Below are positions 15,121 through 16,028 of a stretch of DNA of 16,028 nt, one piece after another (the first letter of the stretch is position 1; each line of letters begins with the position of its first letter). The DNA is from a virus, in UHGV virus genome UHGV-1911926; one strand, 5' to 3'. Position numbers and translations under genes: made by a program. Below the pieces are notes generated by a model. That model was not told the DNA's origin. It saw only the letters and a program-made list of their open reading frames with translations, and did no database searches.

Positions 15121-15427
15121 AAACCGGCCAAGGATAATCCGCTGAAGATTCGCCGGTGGCTAAAGTGTGCCAAGAGTTCAATTTACGCAATTACTCCTGT
15201 CGATGCTATGTACCGTCTTTGTGAAGTCAATGGATACCTGATTTATTTCTGTGCGCTGTATCGTCGCTGTACTCTTGCATTAATTATGACTGTAGCCTGA
15301 CGGGGAACTCCTTCTGCACAAGTGTGGGGGAATAATCAAAAACGATGCACACCGGGGTTACCGGGTACACATATTTCATCATGCCAGCGAGTCCGGTTCT
15401 GGCACGGAAGAAACCGGACGTTATGAT

Positions 15428-15838
15428 TTAGTGCGGAAATATTTGTGTAGTGTTCTGAATGTTCTCAGTAAAGAGTAATGAATTATCAAAGGTATAGTAA
15501 TACCTTTTGTTTTCGTGGATATTTGTAATCCATCTGAAAACCCCTGCTGTAGCAAGATTTTTCCTGTATTCGTAAAATGATAACTCTCCTGATTTGAATC
15601 CTTTTAAGGTGGCTTCTATAAGGCATTTATTTTTTGAAAATCTTACATTTACAACCTTACCCTGTCCTTTTATTAAAACCGTATTATCGTTTTCAAGAAC
15701 AAGATGAATATTCTCTGTGGCTAAATAGTAAATGTAATGTGAGACATTGTGACGTTTTAGTTCAGAATAAAACCAGTGATAGTTTAAATTATTTCGCACT
15801 TTATCGAATATTTGTTTAAAAATGGCAATCTGAGCCAT
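15428..15838 (-). CDS. Hypothetical protein (136 aa), AT-rich moron convergent with the lysis cassette
   Basis: Minus-strand ORF; start chosen at the second ATG (MAQIAIF...) because GGAAGG lies 7 nt upstream; the track start is 15853. No family recognised. Confidence 0.5.
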   Translation of the reverse strand: MAQIAIFKQIFDKVRNNLNYHWFYSELKRHNVSHYIYYLATENIHLVLENDNTVLIKGQGKVVNVRFSKNKCLIEATLKGFKSGELSFYEYRKNLATAGVFRWITNIHENKRYYYTFDNSLLFTENIQNTTQIFPH

Positions 15839-16028
15839 TGTAGTACCTTCCATGTGATATGAGGGGGGGTAGTCTGCACGATTATCTAAATTGCTTCAAT
15901 CTGGTCTGACCTGTTTTCTGAGCAATTCAGTAATGTCACTCTTTTCTTTGTTTGCTTCAGGCGAAACTCTTTTTTCTGAGCACAGTCTCCGGCGGCAGGC
16001 TTCAATGACCCAGGCTGAGAAATTCCCG

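Noticed and set aside
15634-15819. Plus-strand ORF 15634..15819
   Set aside because: Antisense to the longer RBS-supported minus-strand ORF in an AT-rich region where random open frames are common.

Overview
This window reads as mosaic lambdoid prophage DNA (enterobacterial, Qin/DLP12-like gene order), all annotated by eye from the sequence and ORF track; no searches were run. Left to right: a 5'-truncated early gene with iteron-like repeats, a hypothetical gene, then a strikingly AT-rich two-gene cassette (1107..3146) whose first protein carries a HEPN-like R-x4-H motif. This cassette sits directly upstream of a Hok-family toxin gene, where E. coli K-12 Qin has relBE, and is my lead candidate for an undescribed defense or abortive-infection module. 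Downstream follow a DUF968-like gene broken by an 86-N gap, rusA, a zinc-finger Q-like antiterminator, a late promoter/terminator, a small ORF plus DNA methyltransferase, three tRNAs, and a structured non-coding region. A 10-N gap then fuses a holin 3' end to a QuuD-like Q gene lacking its 5' end, followed by a second late region: lipoprotein moron, second small ORF plus methyltransferase, S21-type holin, SAR endolysin and Rz/Rz1. The two gaps and duplicated late-region modules suggest the window joins two related prophage late regions; treat the order across the gaps with caution.
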